Of a stretch of 64,000 nt of DNA, positions 1 to 13,290 are shown one piece after another. This DNA is from Octopus vulgaris. Taxonomy: Eukaryota. The notes below the pieces were generated by a model. The model had not been told where the DNA came from and did no database searches. It saw nothing but the letters and a program-made list of their open reading frames with translations. A program made the position numbers and the translations under genes. Every line of letters begins with the position of its first letter. Position 1 is the stretch's first letter. The stretch is from the NCBI GenBank assembly GCA_951406725.2, contig OX597833.1:6386001-6450000 (forward strand), in the 5' to 3' direction.

Positions 1-449
1 TTGGATTTGTGTACATTGCAGATACAACCACACAGATATGGACATGTGGATGGATAATACAGAGGAGGGAAAGTTTTTTTGTGTTTGGGGGAGATGAAAG
101 GGGACTTAAGCATAAATAGGTTAGAACATTGTGAAAGAAGACGTGCACCCAACACCAGAGCTGAAGACACTTCCGAAAGGTGGGGCCCCGCCATGTCAAA
201 ACGGTAGAGGAGTAGGGGCCGAAACTGGACGTGGTTCTTCCTGATGATGTCTTGAGCTAACTGGATCCTATAAAGGAGCTGTTGTGGTAGCAGACCACGA
301 AACACGGTTGTAATTCCTCAGAGAGATGCTATGGTCTACACTTATCCAATTGCTGATGCCAATCAAATTTGTTCATTAACAGATTGGGTTTGCAGAAATT
401 CTGGGGTTTTTTTTCATTTATTTTAATCCTTTTTCTCATCAACAATTTC

Positions 450-1960
450 AATAAATCAAGAAATAATATATTCTCCTTCATAGTCCACAACTTCTTGCCA
501 ACATTCCATTAGCTTGTCAATACACCAAGTCTTGCCTTGAAGAATTTGAGCCATATTTTCACTTCCATATAATCATTGAATGAAAAGCCTTGCAGACTGT
601 TGCAGTGACTGAGAACGGTTGATAATCTGATGGTGCTGTATCAGAGGAATAAGTTGGGTGTGGTAGAACTTTCCAAGTGAACCCTTAAATTGCATTTTTG
701 GTCAAATTAGCAATGTGGGTGCAAGCAGTTATATTGAAGAAGCAATGCCATGTTGCTGGTCGGGTTGCTCCAGCTGGAATCCCTCCTCAGCCGACTGCAT
801 TTACTGAACATAAAACTCTACACTGACCACATAGTTGTTTTCAAGCATTTTATAGTGCTAGTGCATGCATATACAGCTGCGTGCGTGCGCACATACATGC
901 TAATACTGTCCAAATCTCCAACCAATCACATACAGCTAGCTGGCATTCAATTGACGTATCAAGTTTCGGGCATTTTGATTGGGTTTTGGATATAAAATTC
1001 ACAAAAAAAGTCACTTCTATTGATTTTTTAATGGCTTTGCTGGGTGACTGGGAAAATGTAAAGATGTGCACGACCACCCTTGGGCGGTTTTGAATGACCA
1101 TAGAAAGTGTGAGCCCTCTAACTGAAAAATCGTGAATTTGTATAAAGGACACACACACACACACACACACAGCCAGGCATTTTGCTGTTTATATACATAG
1201 AGATTAGCTCTTTCTAACCTCATCAAATGCAGTTCTGGCTTAGTTGAAGATATTACTTACTTGTCAGGATTTTGTCATTCTGTCTTCAGCTTCATATTTA
1301 TGTAAAAGCACCATTTTTCATTGCCCTAAAGGAATCTCTATATCCATGAGCACACCCTGGTGTCAAGCAAGCAAACTGATGGTGATAGAGGATTGCTGGA
1401 GTTTGTGTCTTCTGTTCAGAGCATGTGGCACCCATGTACTGAGTTTTTGGACCTTATCCATTGAGTGATGGTTACCGGCAACAGTACCATGAAAGCAACC
1501 TATCTGCTGGGCCTGCCAGTACCACTTCCCTGCTGGATTCGCACAGACCCTCATGGATGAATTCATTCATCATCATCATCGTTTAATGTCTGCTTTCCAT
1601 GCTAGCATGGGTTGGACGATTTTGACTCAGGGCTGGCGAACCAGATGGCTGCACCAGGCTCCAATCTTGTTTTGGCAGAGTTTCTACAGCTGGATGCCCT
1701 TCCTAACGCCAGGGACCCTTCAGTTGGTCCTTATTGAAATGAACACATCAGCTGGAATGCAGAGACTTGTGAAGTCGAATTTCCCCTCCTTGAAGCAGAA
1801 AAAACCCATTTCTCTGCAGTTCTTTCAGTAATAGCGCCTTCTCCATACATTGCACAAAAATCTTTCAGGCAGTTTTGGGAATTGGCATCTTGATTGAAAG
1901 TGAAACAGGAATCAGAAATGCTCCTTTTTTCTGTTTGGAGCTCTGACATCATACATTTGA
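450..1960 (-). mobile_element. Decayed mariner transposase, interrupted by later insertions (~865-1240 and a SINE at ~1568-1710)
   Basis: Minus-strand peptides YGEGAITERTAEKW (HTH), KVQKLSTWVPHAL (WVPHEL motif), GNEKW, VLPHPTYSSDTAPSDY (YSPDLAP motif); frameshifts and stops. Confidence 0.85.
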
Positions 1961-2360
1961 AATGAGGTAAAATTAAGAAAAAAAGAGATATTAGTGATTA
2001 TTAGAATTTGTAGAAGAATAGTTGAAAAACAAAAGAAACAAACAAAGAAACACTATGATAAAAGTATTTTTCCTGTTGATTGAAACAACAATGGAAAGAA
2101 ACAAATGAATTTATCTGACGGCTGATTATAAATCATCGCTGTCTGTTTTCCATGCTAGCATGGACCATATGCAATTGCAGTCCTTATTTAAAGATACTCC
2201 CGTTGATGGGGCTGAGGTTGTGTCTTGCTTGTATGTTCTATTTTCATCGTGCTTTCAATGACTGGATACCTTTCCTAACATCACCCACTTCACGATGGGT
2301 TCTGGGTGTATTTGAAGAAGGTAACATCACCAGGGAATTTGTTTTGTCATGGCACCTACT

Positions 2361-2788
2361 TGGGACGTAGTCAGTCCACTTGTGCATACCTTCCTTCTTG
2401 GGACACATAACTCAACTTGTGAAGACCTGTTGAGGCAAGTGAAAATCAAATCAAATCAAAATCAATGAACATCAATGGAATTTGTATTTTTGTGGTACCA
2501 GTGCCGGTGGCACATAAGAAAACCATCCAAACGTGGCCGTAGCCAGTACCGCCTCGACTGGCCTCCGTACTGTGGGCACGTAACAAACACCCTCCGAGCG
2601 TGGCCGTTCGCCAGCCTCGTCTTGCACCTGTGTCGGTGGCACGTAAAAAGCACCCACTACACTCTTGGAGTGGTTGGCGTTAGGAAGGGCATCCAGCTGT
2701 AGAAACTCTGCCAGATCAGATTGGAGCCTGGTGCAGCCTCCTGGCTTCCCAGACCCCGGTCGAACCGTCCAACGGTGATGATGATGAT
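2361..2788 (+). mobile_element. SINE-like family A, long copy
   Basis: Core ggcgttaggaagggcatccagctgtagaaac, internal ~60-bp repeats, (GAT)n tail. Other approximate copies: + 5259-5449, 11190-11352, 24730-24972, 46727-46976, 47740-47927, 54860-55020; - 1568-1710, 17110-17290, 27464-27655, 30330-30500, 33196-33308, 34810-34932, 41921-42120, 42936-43065, 55033-55290. Confidence 0.85.
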
Positions 2789-3153
2789 TGGTGAGACTAA
2801 ATGACTTTCTCCATCTTATGTTGTTTCTAATTACAAAAGGGGACCAACTATTTGTGCAGTGGGTTCAATTCCTGTTGTAAAATTGCGAGATAAATTTGGA
2901 AGAAGAGGTGAAACAGCATGGATGTGGAAGGCGGAAGGATGTTTCCAACTTTGGAAGAAGAAAGAAAAACAGCTTCACATTTTCTTTTGCTGTAGTCTTT
3001 TACATCAGTACCATATCATTGGTTCCTCTCAGTTTCTCAGTTTTGCATCCAGATTTGAACCTGCTGCACAAAACTTTCTCTCTCTCTTTCTCCTCCTCAT
3101 CTCTGCCTTCCACACATCTTCAAGTAGTGGGTTTCATTGGAAATATGTCATGG

Positions 3154-3184
<31 letters not shown>

Positions 3185-6148
3185 TAATGTAGAATCAGAC
3201 AGCTAACAGTCATGTGATGCTTGTCTGTGAAATGTCATTATAGTTTTTTGTTTTCCTAATCTATTTATTACCAGTAATTGGATATTTCTGTTGGTTAGAG
3301 TACTCCTAACATTTGGGATGGTTTGTGTTGGAATCCACCCCTCTAACATATACTTTATATTGATTTAGATCTACCCCACAAGCATCGGAGACAATTTTAT
3401 TGGTTTAGATCTCTCCCTCTAACATCAGAGGCACTTTGTGTATTCTGTGGATGGTAGGTTGGGTAGATCTACCCACCCACCCCACTAACAATTGTTTATA
3501 CAAGAAACGGAACTTAATTGATATCAATCTTTACCCATTACTCTCCTCTTTATAAATCTTCTTCAACTTACATCAATCAATGAAAAAAATTTTGACATTT
3601 CTTCCTTTCCAGAGGACATGAGTTTACCTTATCTGAAATAATGCATTTCATTCTCTCTTGTATAAAAGTATTATTGTTTAGTTCCAGGTCAGTCTTCAAT
3701 GAGCGACTGTTGAAAGTTTCTTTTTTTTTATTATTTATTATTATTCACCAAGCTACATTATCTAATATGTTATTTTTTTTTTATATTAGGCTATAGGGTG
3801 TAATTTGTGATTTGACAACTGAGGAGAAGCATTTTTGTTTGTTTGCGGTTCTGTATACACAAATAGTCTGTAACATGTCCTTACGGAAGCGACAGTCTCG
3901 GCTGCAGTGACTGCATTTGGAGTCACTGTCTGCCAGTGTTGTCTTGGTAATATTTTTCTTCTCATTCAAATTCTGCTGAGGTCAGCTTTGCCTCTCAGCA
4001 TTTCGGCGTCAATAAAATAAGTACCAGTTACGCACTGGGATCGATGTAATCAACTCGTCACCCCCACCCTTGAAATTGCTGGCCTTGTGTCAAAATCTGA
4101 AACCAAAGATTTTCGTTTCTTCAGCAACAAGCTTCAGCTGTGGGGTTTAGAAATTTGCTTTCCAGGCATGTGGTTTTGGGTTCAGTCCTTGTATGTGACT
4201 CATTGGGCAAGTGACTTCTGCTATATCCCCAGGCTGACCGAAATCTTGAGTGAATTTGGTAGATGGGAACTGAAAGAAACCTTGTGTTTGGTTTACATTT
4301 ATGTTCTATGGAAGCTTCAGGCTGGAAGCAGCATAGAAGAATTAGTATTGGATTCCTCGTCTCATAAAACCAGATGAATTTTTGTTACTGGTTTTTGAAA
4401 CCTGTGAACTACATTGTATGTGTGTGTGTGTGAGTGAGAAAGTGTGGATGCGTTTAACCATTTTCTCCTGTACGTTTCCAATTTGGCTACAGGGTGCGTG
4501 TGTGTGTTAGCCTTTCATAGTGTTGTTTCTATACGTGTGCGTTGTATATTGGTCAGTATACATCTGTGACTGATTTGCTGGGAGATTAAGTCTTAAGAAT
4601 TTTCAATCTTGTTTTGAAAAATAGGAAGGTATTATCTTCCAGTAACTACAAATGCCCCCCCCCCCCCCTACACACACAGTTTGTATTAATGTGGCTTTTA
4701 GGCTTGGAAATTTCAATGTGTTATTACTAAAAATTATTCCTGTATAAAAATATCAAAACTGATGTTCTATATTTCATTTATAATAATGGCTGTGGTTTTT
4801 TTAAAGCTTTTTTTTTTAATACTCTATATGTCCTGTCAGCTTTAATCACATCATGGATTTATTTTAATCACTTTTAGTCACATCTGACTGAGCACGTGTG
4901 GAAATCTGTTGCTGCCAATAGGTTGTAGGCAATTCTAGATTCTGTCCATGGTAGACAAAACAGCATTTAACATTGGTTTCTTCATAGTCTCTGCTGGTTG
5001 ATCAAATCCTTGTGACCGTGTTAAGCTATGCCGACCATTATAAATTGTACGTGTGACACGAGGTTTCATTTTTGACATTAAAAAATACACGAACAATAGA
5101 CACAGAAGAGGATTATGACAAGTATGCTGAGAGTGAATGCCATAAATATACTCAATTACTATTAATAATGAACTTGTAATTACTCTACAAGTTTGTGGAG
5201 TAATTATGTGGAAATATATACCACATATATTTCTGTATAATAGATGTTTAGGAACATGCCGTCTGTGTCGGTGGAACGTAAAAAGCCCCCACTACACTCA
5301 CGGGAGTGGTTGGCGTTAGGAAGGGCATCCAGCTGTAGAAACACTGCCAGATCAGACTGGAGCCTGGTGCGGCCTCCTGGCTTCCCAGACCCCGGTCGAA
5401 CCGTCCAACCCATGCCAGCATGGAAAATGGACGTTAAACGATGATGATGTCTGATACATAAGAACTGCTAATTACTTTTTCCTGCCCACTTGCCTTCCAA
5501 GTGTGTAACCATTATTTGAAATGGTATGATGAGACGTATGTTGTATCTATTGTCCAAGCAAAACAATGTGTAACAAACATTTTAAATCATTATAAAGTGG
5601 TTACACTTTCCTGTGATAGTGATAAATTAAATGTTCCATACATTTCTTAAGTTTGCAATATTGGATATCACAAAGGTTGATTTTGACTGAATGCAGCAAA
5701 ATTTTGCTAATATTTTCTAAGATTTTGTTGTCCAAAATTAGGGATGTACAGTAAACATCAAGTGCATATTATACAGGAATAGATATTGTATCTGTGTGTG
5801 TGTGTTCTCTGACAATATCTGAGTTGCCAGTAAAACCTGCATGTAAATTGAGGACATCATAGCCTGTCTGCTGTCCTTGTTTGCTGGTCAGCTGTCCATT
5901 GCTGTTGTATCTTGATACTCCATACCCCATCTGCCATTCATTATTCTTACATAAAATACTTGATACCTGGTCTAATGTCCATCACTGTTGTGGCTACCCA
6001 TACCATGATGATTGCTAGAAACTCTACTCATCCTCTCACTGTACTTGGTGCGGCACCTCTGGGCTACATTGATTGGCCCCGTATCTCTGGGTTGGGTTGC
6101 ATACTTGACAACTGCTACCAACGTCTTCAGATTGTAAGTTGTTGAATA

Positions 6149-6384
6149 CCTATTTCTTTACTACCCACAAGGGGCTAAACACAGAGGGGACAAACAAGGA
6201 CAGACAAATGGATTAAGCTGATTACATCGACCCCAGTGCATAACTCGTACTTAATTTATCGACCCCGAAAGGATGAAAAGCAAAGTCGACCTCGGTGGAA
6301 TTTGAACTCAGAACGTAACAGCAGACGAAATACTGCTAAGCATTTCGCCCGGCGTGCTAACATTTCTGCCAGCTCGCCGCTTTA
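6149..6384 (-). mobile_element. tRNA-derived SINE family C with 13-bp TSD
   Basis: TSD aagttgttgaata at 6136-6148 and 6385-6397; core gcctttcatcctttcggggtcgataaattaagtac on the minus strand. Other partial copies ~3965-4105, 8195-8340, 14718-14870, 53640-53740. Confidence 0.9.
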
Positions 6385-7099
6385 AAGTTGTTGAATATGG
6401 TCTTAGCAGTTAATATAGCATTTATCTCTGGTCACTGATTAGTGATGGTACAAGAACATCGGTTTTTGGAGGAGCTTATTGGTCCACAATGGGATGATGT
6501 ATGCATTTTTATTGATGCTTATGTTTTGGTTGATGAACAAGATGTTGTACAAGTCCATTGGTTCAAAAGGTGAGAGAGAGGCGACTATATTGATGTCTTC
6601 CTGTCAGGAATATTTATAGTATTGTTGTTGGTAAACGTAAACTGAGAATTTGTAGGTTTGTGCTTCAGTTACAGGTATACCATATATGACCACATGGCAT
6701 ATTTGCTGGATTAATTCCTCTCTAGAATCTTTTTCATAAAAAGAATATTGAAACCCTTTTGTAATTCCAAAGTGTGAATGCAGGTGTAACAAAAAAAAAA
6801 ATTGTTTTGAAAAGTTGAAACACTGCATGAAGCTCACCTGTCAGTGGCTTACCTGTTTGGGTCACATTGAGATGACCATTGTAGAGAATTACAAATTCAC
6901 TCCATGATTAGTAAAACGACAAGATGTTTAACAGCTTTATTTGCTTTCTCTGCTGGTTGATAAATTAACGTAGCAGCTTTAACAGACTATTCTGACCATT
7001 TTTAATTGCACATATGGCACGAGATTTTGGTTTTGATATCTGGAATATATAGAGAAAATGAATGCTACAAATATACTTAGAGTAAGCATTTTGCACATT

Positions 7100-7160
<61 letters not shown>

Positions 7161-7197
7161 CACACACACACACTCACATTTAGTACAAGTATATGTA

Positions 7198-7538
7198 AGA
7201 GTAGCTGTGTGGTAAGTAGCTTGCTTACCAACCACATGGTTCCGGGTTCAGTCCCACTGCATGACAACTTGGGCAAGTGCCTTCTACTATAGCCATGGGC
7301 CTACCAAAGCCTTGTGAGTGGTTTTGGTAGACGGAAACTGAAAGAAGCCCGTCATATATATATGTTTGTGTGTCGGTGTTTGTTACCCCACCATCACTTG
7401 ACAATCGTTGTTCGGCAAAAGAGACCGATAGGTTAAGTACTAGGCCTACAGAGAATAAGTCCTGGGGTCGATTTGTTTGACTAAAGGCAGTGCTCCAGCA
7501 TGGCTGCAGTCAAATGACTGAAACAAATAAAAGAATAA
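7198..7538 (+). mobile_element. tRNA-derived SINE family B (CORE-like centre)
   Basis: A-box-like gtggctgtgtggtaag, B-box ggttcagtccc, CORE-like ccttgggcaagtg, internal (TA/TG)n, taaaaga tail. Further partial copies ~4135-4290, 28130-28300, 38034-38160, 48745-48960, 62790-62945. Confidence 0.85.
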
Positions 7539-8756
7539 GTGTGAATGTCTTTCAGTGCAGAGAAGAAAGCAAACATATTAGTAAAAAGGGTCTTACTTGT
7601 AAAAAAAAAGGGTCAAGTATAAGCTGTCATGAAAGGTTTTGGAATTTGAGTGACTTTTTAGGTTATTTGATAAATTAACAATCACACATGCACAACATTT
7701 TTAACACAAATGACTTTACATTTAAAAAAAAAATGTATTTTCTGCTCTATTGCCAATTTTCATTATCTGACCACAAGTGAAGACCCTAAGCATTCGAAGT
7801 ATCTGAAGTACCCATTTTTAGGTATTTTCAATGATATTCTTTGAAACTCAGATTTTTGGGGAAGGAGTATGGCTGAGGGATTCAATACCTTGTACATAGT
7901 TATCTTGTGGGATGTGAACCCACAATTTAGAAAGGTTTAAAGTACATACCACTTTATCTTTTACTATATTAATGATTTCTAACAACAGCACTGATTACAC
8001 TTGACTATATCAATTTAATTTTGTCAATCCTGGTGGGATCTGAACTGAGAATATAAAGGGATGCAACCACCACAAGGTATAATAACTTGGTTATGTCAAC
8101 CCTTTGCCCTAATGACTAATATTATACGATATTTGTAGTAATAATAATAATGATATCAAATTTTAGCAAAACGCCAGAAATTCTGGAAGAGGGCTAAGTC
8201 GGTTACATCGACCCCAGTGTTTCACTGGTACTTGTTTTATTGGCCCCGAAGGGATGAAAGGAAATGTTGACCTTGGCGGAATTTGAACTGGGAACATAGA
8301 CAGATGAAATGCTGCTAAGGATTCTGCCAGCCTGCTGCCATAATAATAATAATAATCCTTTCTACCGAAGGCATAAGACCTGAAATTTGGGGTGGGGAAG
8401 GGGACTGGTCGATTACAATGGCCCCCAGTCTTTCAATGGTACTTTATTTATCGCCCCCCCCCCCCCTCCAAGAGGATGAAAGGCAAGGTCGACCTTAGCG
8501 GAAAGGAACCAGTAGGAGAACCGAGGAAGACAAGGGCAGAAATGGGGAAACGTTTATTTTGGGATGCTGAACCTCCAAAAATAAAGATGACAAAGGGATG
8601 CAACAAGTGTTATTTGCAAGTATAGAAATCCAGGGGTCAGAATATAAGAGTTCACCCAGAAGCAACACTCCATATTCTATCAGATCTTTTATATTTAACA
8701 CTCGTACATGCACACTCCCTTCATGTTTATTTCATTGTCTGATTAGTTTTGCATTT

Positions 8757-8967
8757 ACACTCTTTTACTTGTTTCGGTCATTTGACTGCGGCCATGCTGG
8801 AGCACCGCCTTTAGTCGAGCAAATCGACCCTGGGACTTATTCTTTTGTAAGCCCAGTACTTATTCTATCGGTCTCTTTTGCCGAACCGCTAAGTAACGGG
8901 AACATAAACACACCAGCATCGGTTGTCAAGCAATGCTAAAGGGACACAGACACACACACACACACAT

Positions 8968-9004
<37 letters not shown>

Positions 9005-9191
9005 CATACATATATACATACATATATACGACAGGCTTCTTTCAGTTTCCGTCTATCAAATCCACTCACAAGGCTTTGGTCGGTCCGGGGCTATAGCAGA
9101 AGACACTTGCCCAAGATGCCACGCAGTGGGACTGAACCCGCAACCATGTGGTTGGTTAGCAAGCTACTTACCACACAGCCACTCCTGCGCC
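8757..9191 (-). mobile_element. SINE family B, full length
   Basis: Reverse complement of the 10081 copy. Confidence 0.88.
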
Positions 9192-9439
9192 TATATATGA
9201 GAACACTATATATGTTCTTAATATTATTGTGTGTGTGTGTGAGACTTATTTTCCAATGAGACTTGGAAACAGCTAGCTTGTGCAAGTCCAGTGAATTGAA
9301 AACTCAGCATAATGGATGCCAGTAGGTTTCAGGGGTCATCAAGAGAGACAGTGCACTGTTTTGGGGCCTTCATTTTGAGGGCTTTACAACCCCCCCTCTC
9401 GCCCCGTCTCTGATGTGAGGCCCCCACCTATTGTTTTGA

Positions 9440-9600
9440 CTGACTATTCAACTGCAAGTCCATTTTAGGACCATCATCTCTCCAGCCATAATTACATTTC
9501 AGCCACATCCAATGGCTGACCCTCTCAGCTGTTGCCTGGAACGACATCTAAGTCTCACAGAAGCAGGTAAATGCACCTGTCTCTTCAGACTCGGTTATCT
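9440..9600 (-). mobile_element. Possible C-terminal fragment of a HERO-like non-LTR element
   Basis: Minus-strand peptide FQATAERVSHWMWLK resembles the AAERAS.W.WLKR terminus I recall for HERO ORFs. Confidence 0.4.
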
Positions 9601-10080
9601 CCCACACCTGATCATTATGCGATGAAGCCTGACCTATTTCATTTCTATTCCTCAATGCTTATTCTTATTTGGTTTGTTGCCAAGTATGGTCTGGCAGACT
9701 TGGTTAAGCCATACCGCCATGGAGTCTGTTCATAAATAATGGTGCTGCTGCTAGGAATGTGGTTGTGGTGTCTGTATTGGGTGGTGGGCATCATTGTGCA
9801 TCAACAAACTTTTCATGGTTTGTGTTTTGTTCTTAGTTCTCTTTATTTCCTGTAGGTGGAGTGTCAGCCTCACCAATGTACCAGTCTTGTTGTTTATTAA
9901 AGAGTGTTGATACCAATCAGATTGAATTTAGAATCATTTAGTTTTGTGCTATGTGTTACAGAACATTCAATCTACTTCCCTATGTTGTTAGGTTTTCTTG
10001 CTAAAGCCAGTCTGCATTTTAGGCTCAATTCTATTCCCTTAAAAACACGAGACTTAATGATCTTATTAAAAATTGTTCCC

Positions 10081-10478
10081 AGGAGTGGCTGTGTGGTAAG
10101 TAGCTTGTCTACCAACCACATGGTTCCGGGTACAGTGGCACCTTGGGCAAGTGTCTTCTACTATAGCCTCGGGCCAACCAAAGCCTTGTGAGTGGATTTG
10201 GTAGACGGAAACTGAAAGAAGCCTGTCGTATATATGTGTATATATATATATATGCGTGTGTGTGTGTGTTTGTGTCTGTGTTTGTCCCCTAGCATTGCTT
10301 GACAACCGATGCTGGTGTGTTTATGTCCCCGTTACTTAGCGGTTCGGCAAAAGAGACCGATAGAATAAGTACTGGGATTACAAAAGAATAAGTCCCGGGG
10401 TCGAGTTGCTCAATTAAAGGCGGTGCTCCAGCATGGCCGCAGTCAAATGACTGAAACAAGTAAAAGAGTAAAGAGTAA
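10081..10478 (+). mobile_element. SINE family B, near full length
   Basis: Head aggagtggctgtgtggtaag through (gtaaaaga)n tail. Confidence 0.88.
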
Positions 10479-11732
10479 ATCATTTAACAGTTCAGTCTTG
10501 TCTCTGAAGTAGATGAAAAGTTAAAAATGAATTCACTGTTGTGGCCTTAAATTTTATTCAGGGGAATATTTACCTCGTTTTTGTACTTGATTTGCAAAAT
10601 TCTTGATGGGAATTCCTGTGGCGAAACCCTTTCAGAAGACAACAATTCTTACTTCTTATCTACTTAACACTACCAGTTCAGAACTTGATCCATCCTAGCT
10701 TTTGAAACCTCTTATGGTAAATTGAATGTAATCTAAGCTGGTTAATAAATATTCAGTATTTGGAACAGTTTTCAAGGAGTCAACACTTCTGTTTGTCAAT
10801 TTAGATCCTCATAATATCATTTCGTCATTGTGTCATCATCTCTATTTTTTACTGTAATTACCACAGTCACATCTTACTTCCATCATCATCATCATCATCA
10901 TTGTTAATGACTCTGGCTGTATCCTCTTCAGTATTTCCATTTATAGGCATTGTTCTCTCATCATTATTATTTGTCTTTCCACCCTCTCGTTAATTAATTA
11001 CAAGATAATGAGTTGCCTTAAATAATTCAAGTTAACTAATAAAATTATGTCACACTATTTAACTTCATTTTTTTGATACTTTCTGTTTCTTGGGTGCCTT
11101 TGGCAACAGAGTCCACTGTGTTGCATTTAGGCCAAGCCCCCAGTTAGGAAATGTTTGTCTTATATTCACTTCAGTTTATATTTTAACATTGGTTGGCGTT
11201 AGGAGTGGTTGGCATTAAAAAGGGCATCCAGCTGTAGAAACACTGCCAGATCTGACTGGCCTGGTGCAGCCTTCGGGCTTCCCAGACCCCAGTTGAACCG
11301 TCCAATCCATGCTAGCATGGAAAGCGGACGTTAAACGATGATGATGATGATGGTCTAATCTCAAAAATGAGCAATTAGGGATTTGAGTTTATTTCTATTA
11401 AAAAGACAATCATTTAAATGTTCAGTTTTCTTTTATAGTATTTTCAAAGTTCATTTCTTTTATATCTTTATTTTTTAGCCTTTTGATAAAAACTGCTCCT
11501 TTTAATTTTTAAACTCTTTATAACCATATAATCTAAAAAAACAAGGCCCAAGACCAACATAGTCTTAGCTTGTAAATCTAAACTTTAACAGGACTGAAAA
11601 GTTACTTGGTGATACATTAGCCTTGTGTGTCTTAAAAGATTTGATTACAAGTCGGGAGGCTTTCAACTTGGGTGCTGGGAATCAGCAGGATCATCAATTG
11701 GGGAGTTCGAGTTGAATACTAGGTATTGTCGT

Positions 11733-12240
11733 TGTGACCCCCCTTCGGTCATGAATGACCATGGGATTGCACCTAGAAAATCACCCTCCGAGGCAGAAGT
11801 CTGAGCAGGGTTGTTTATGGAAGACCAGCAGTCACCCATGCATACCGACCTCCCCTCTCCACGCTACCGATGTTATCCAAGGGAAAGGCAAAGGGGCCGA
11901 TACAGCTTGGCACCAGTGACGTAGCAGCTCATAAACGTGCAAGTGGCTGAGCACTCCACAGACATGTGTACCCTTAACGTAGTTCTCAGGGAGATTCAGT
12001 GTGACACAGTGTGACAAGGCTGACCCTTTGAAATACAGGTACAACAGAAACAAGAAGAAAGAGTGAGAGAAAGTTGTGGTGAAAGAATCCAGCAGGGTTC
12101 ACCACCACCCCCTGCCAGTGCCTCGTGGAGCTTTAGGTGTTTTCGCTCAACAAACACTCACAAAGCCTGGTCTGGGAATCGAAACTGCGATCCTACGACT
12201 GCGAGTCTGCTGCCCTAACCAGTGGGCCATTGCACCTCCA
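11733..12240 (-). mobile_element. tRNA-derived SINE family D
   Basis: Minus-strand head ggaggtgcaatggcccactggttagggcagcagactcgcagtcgtaggatcgcagtttcgattcc (A/B boxes); body shared with 34423, 3' part shared with 51476. Confidence 0.8.
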
Positions 12241-12334
12241 CACTTTGTATATACTTTGTGTATTGACTCCAAAACCATGTATTTGTATGAGAGAGAGTGA
12301 GTGAGTGATGGCTGTTCCAGTGTAGAATAAGAAT

Positions 12335-12668
12335 TCGCCAGCCTCATCTGGCTCCTGTGTCGGTGGCACATAAAAAAACACCATCCGAGCGTGGTCGTCT
12401 GCTAGCCTTGTCTGGCACCTGTGTCGGTGGCACGTAAAAACACCATCTGAGCGTGGCCGTTCACCAGCCTCGTCTGGCACCTGTGTCGGTGGCACATAAA
12501 ATCACCCACTACACTCTCGGAGTGGTTGGCATTAGGAAGGGCATCCAGCTGTAGAAACACTGCCAGATCTGACTGGCCTGGTGCAGCCTTCGGGCTCCCC
12601 AGACCCCAGTTGAACCGTCCAACCCATGCTAGCATGGAAAGTGGACGTTAAATGATGATGATGATGAT
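12335..12668 (+). mobile_element. SINE-like family A copy with about three tandem 60-bp internal units
   Basis: Repeated gccagcctcgtctggcacctgtgtcggtggcacgtaaaa, core and (GAT)n tail. Confidence 0.85.
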
Positions 12669-12919
12669 TAGAGGAATTTTCAGTTGAATATTTTGTTGTC
12701 CAGAATCTCTCTTCCTTTTCTCTAACTGGAAATCTTTGGTATGGAAATGGGAAAGAACAGATTCTATCTAAGCACACTTCCTCAAGAGGAGAAGTTTACA
12801 AGAGATGCTTGAAAAATGTAACCTGGTTTTCTAAGAGGAAGAGGAGGAATTAGTCTGTTGCTGAAACTCCCCTAGAGTTGGGTTATCGAGGAGGTTGGTT
12901 TAGAAGAATTTAGTTTCAT

Positions 12920-13290
12920 TTACTCTTTACTCTTTTACTTGTTTCAGTCATTTGAGCAAATCGACCCCGGGACTTATTCTTTGTAAGCCCAGTACTTATT
13001 CTATCGATCTCTTTTGCCGAACTGCTAAGTGACGGGGACGTAAACACACCATCATCGGTCGTCAAGCAATGCTAGAGGGACAAACACAGACACACAAACA
13101 TATACACACACATACATACATATATACGACAGGCTTCTTTCAGTTTCCGTCTACCAAATCCACTCACAAGGCATTGGTCGGCCCGGGGCTATGGCAGAAG
13201 ACACTTGCCCAAGATGCCACGCAGTGGGACTGAACCCAGAACCATGTGGTCGGTAGGCAAGCTACTTACCACACAGCCACTCCTGCGCCT
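12920..13290 (-). mobile_element. SINE family B
   Basis: Homologous to 8757-9191. Confidence 0.88.

Noticed and set aside
160-200. CTGAAGA...GAAA hammerhead-like core
   Set aside because: No convincing stems or cleavage triplet; lies in what looks like a decayed LINE fragment.
2859-3206. ORFs considered as a possible first USP25/28 exon
   Set aside because: No resemblance to the family N-terminus and no suitable phase-0 donor seen.
7198-7265. tRNA-like sequences at SINE heads
   Set aside because: A/B boxes are present but no complete cloverleaf; they are SINE promoters, not tRNA genes.
12402-12635. Recurrent [19 protein letters not shown] family
   Set aside because: Antisense translation of family A SINE copies, not a gene family.
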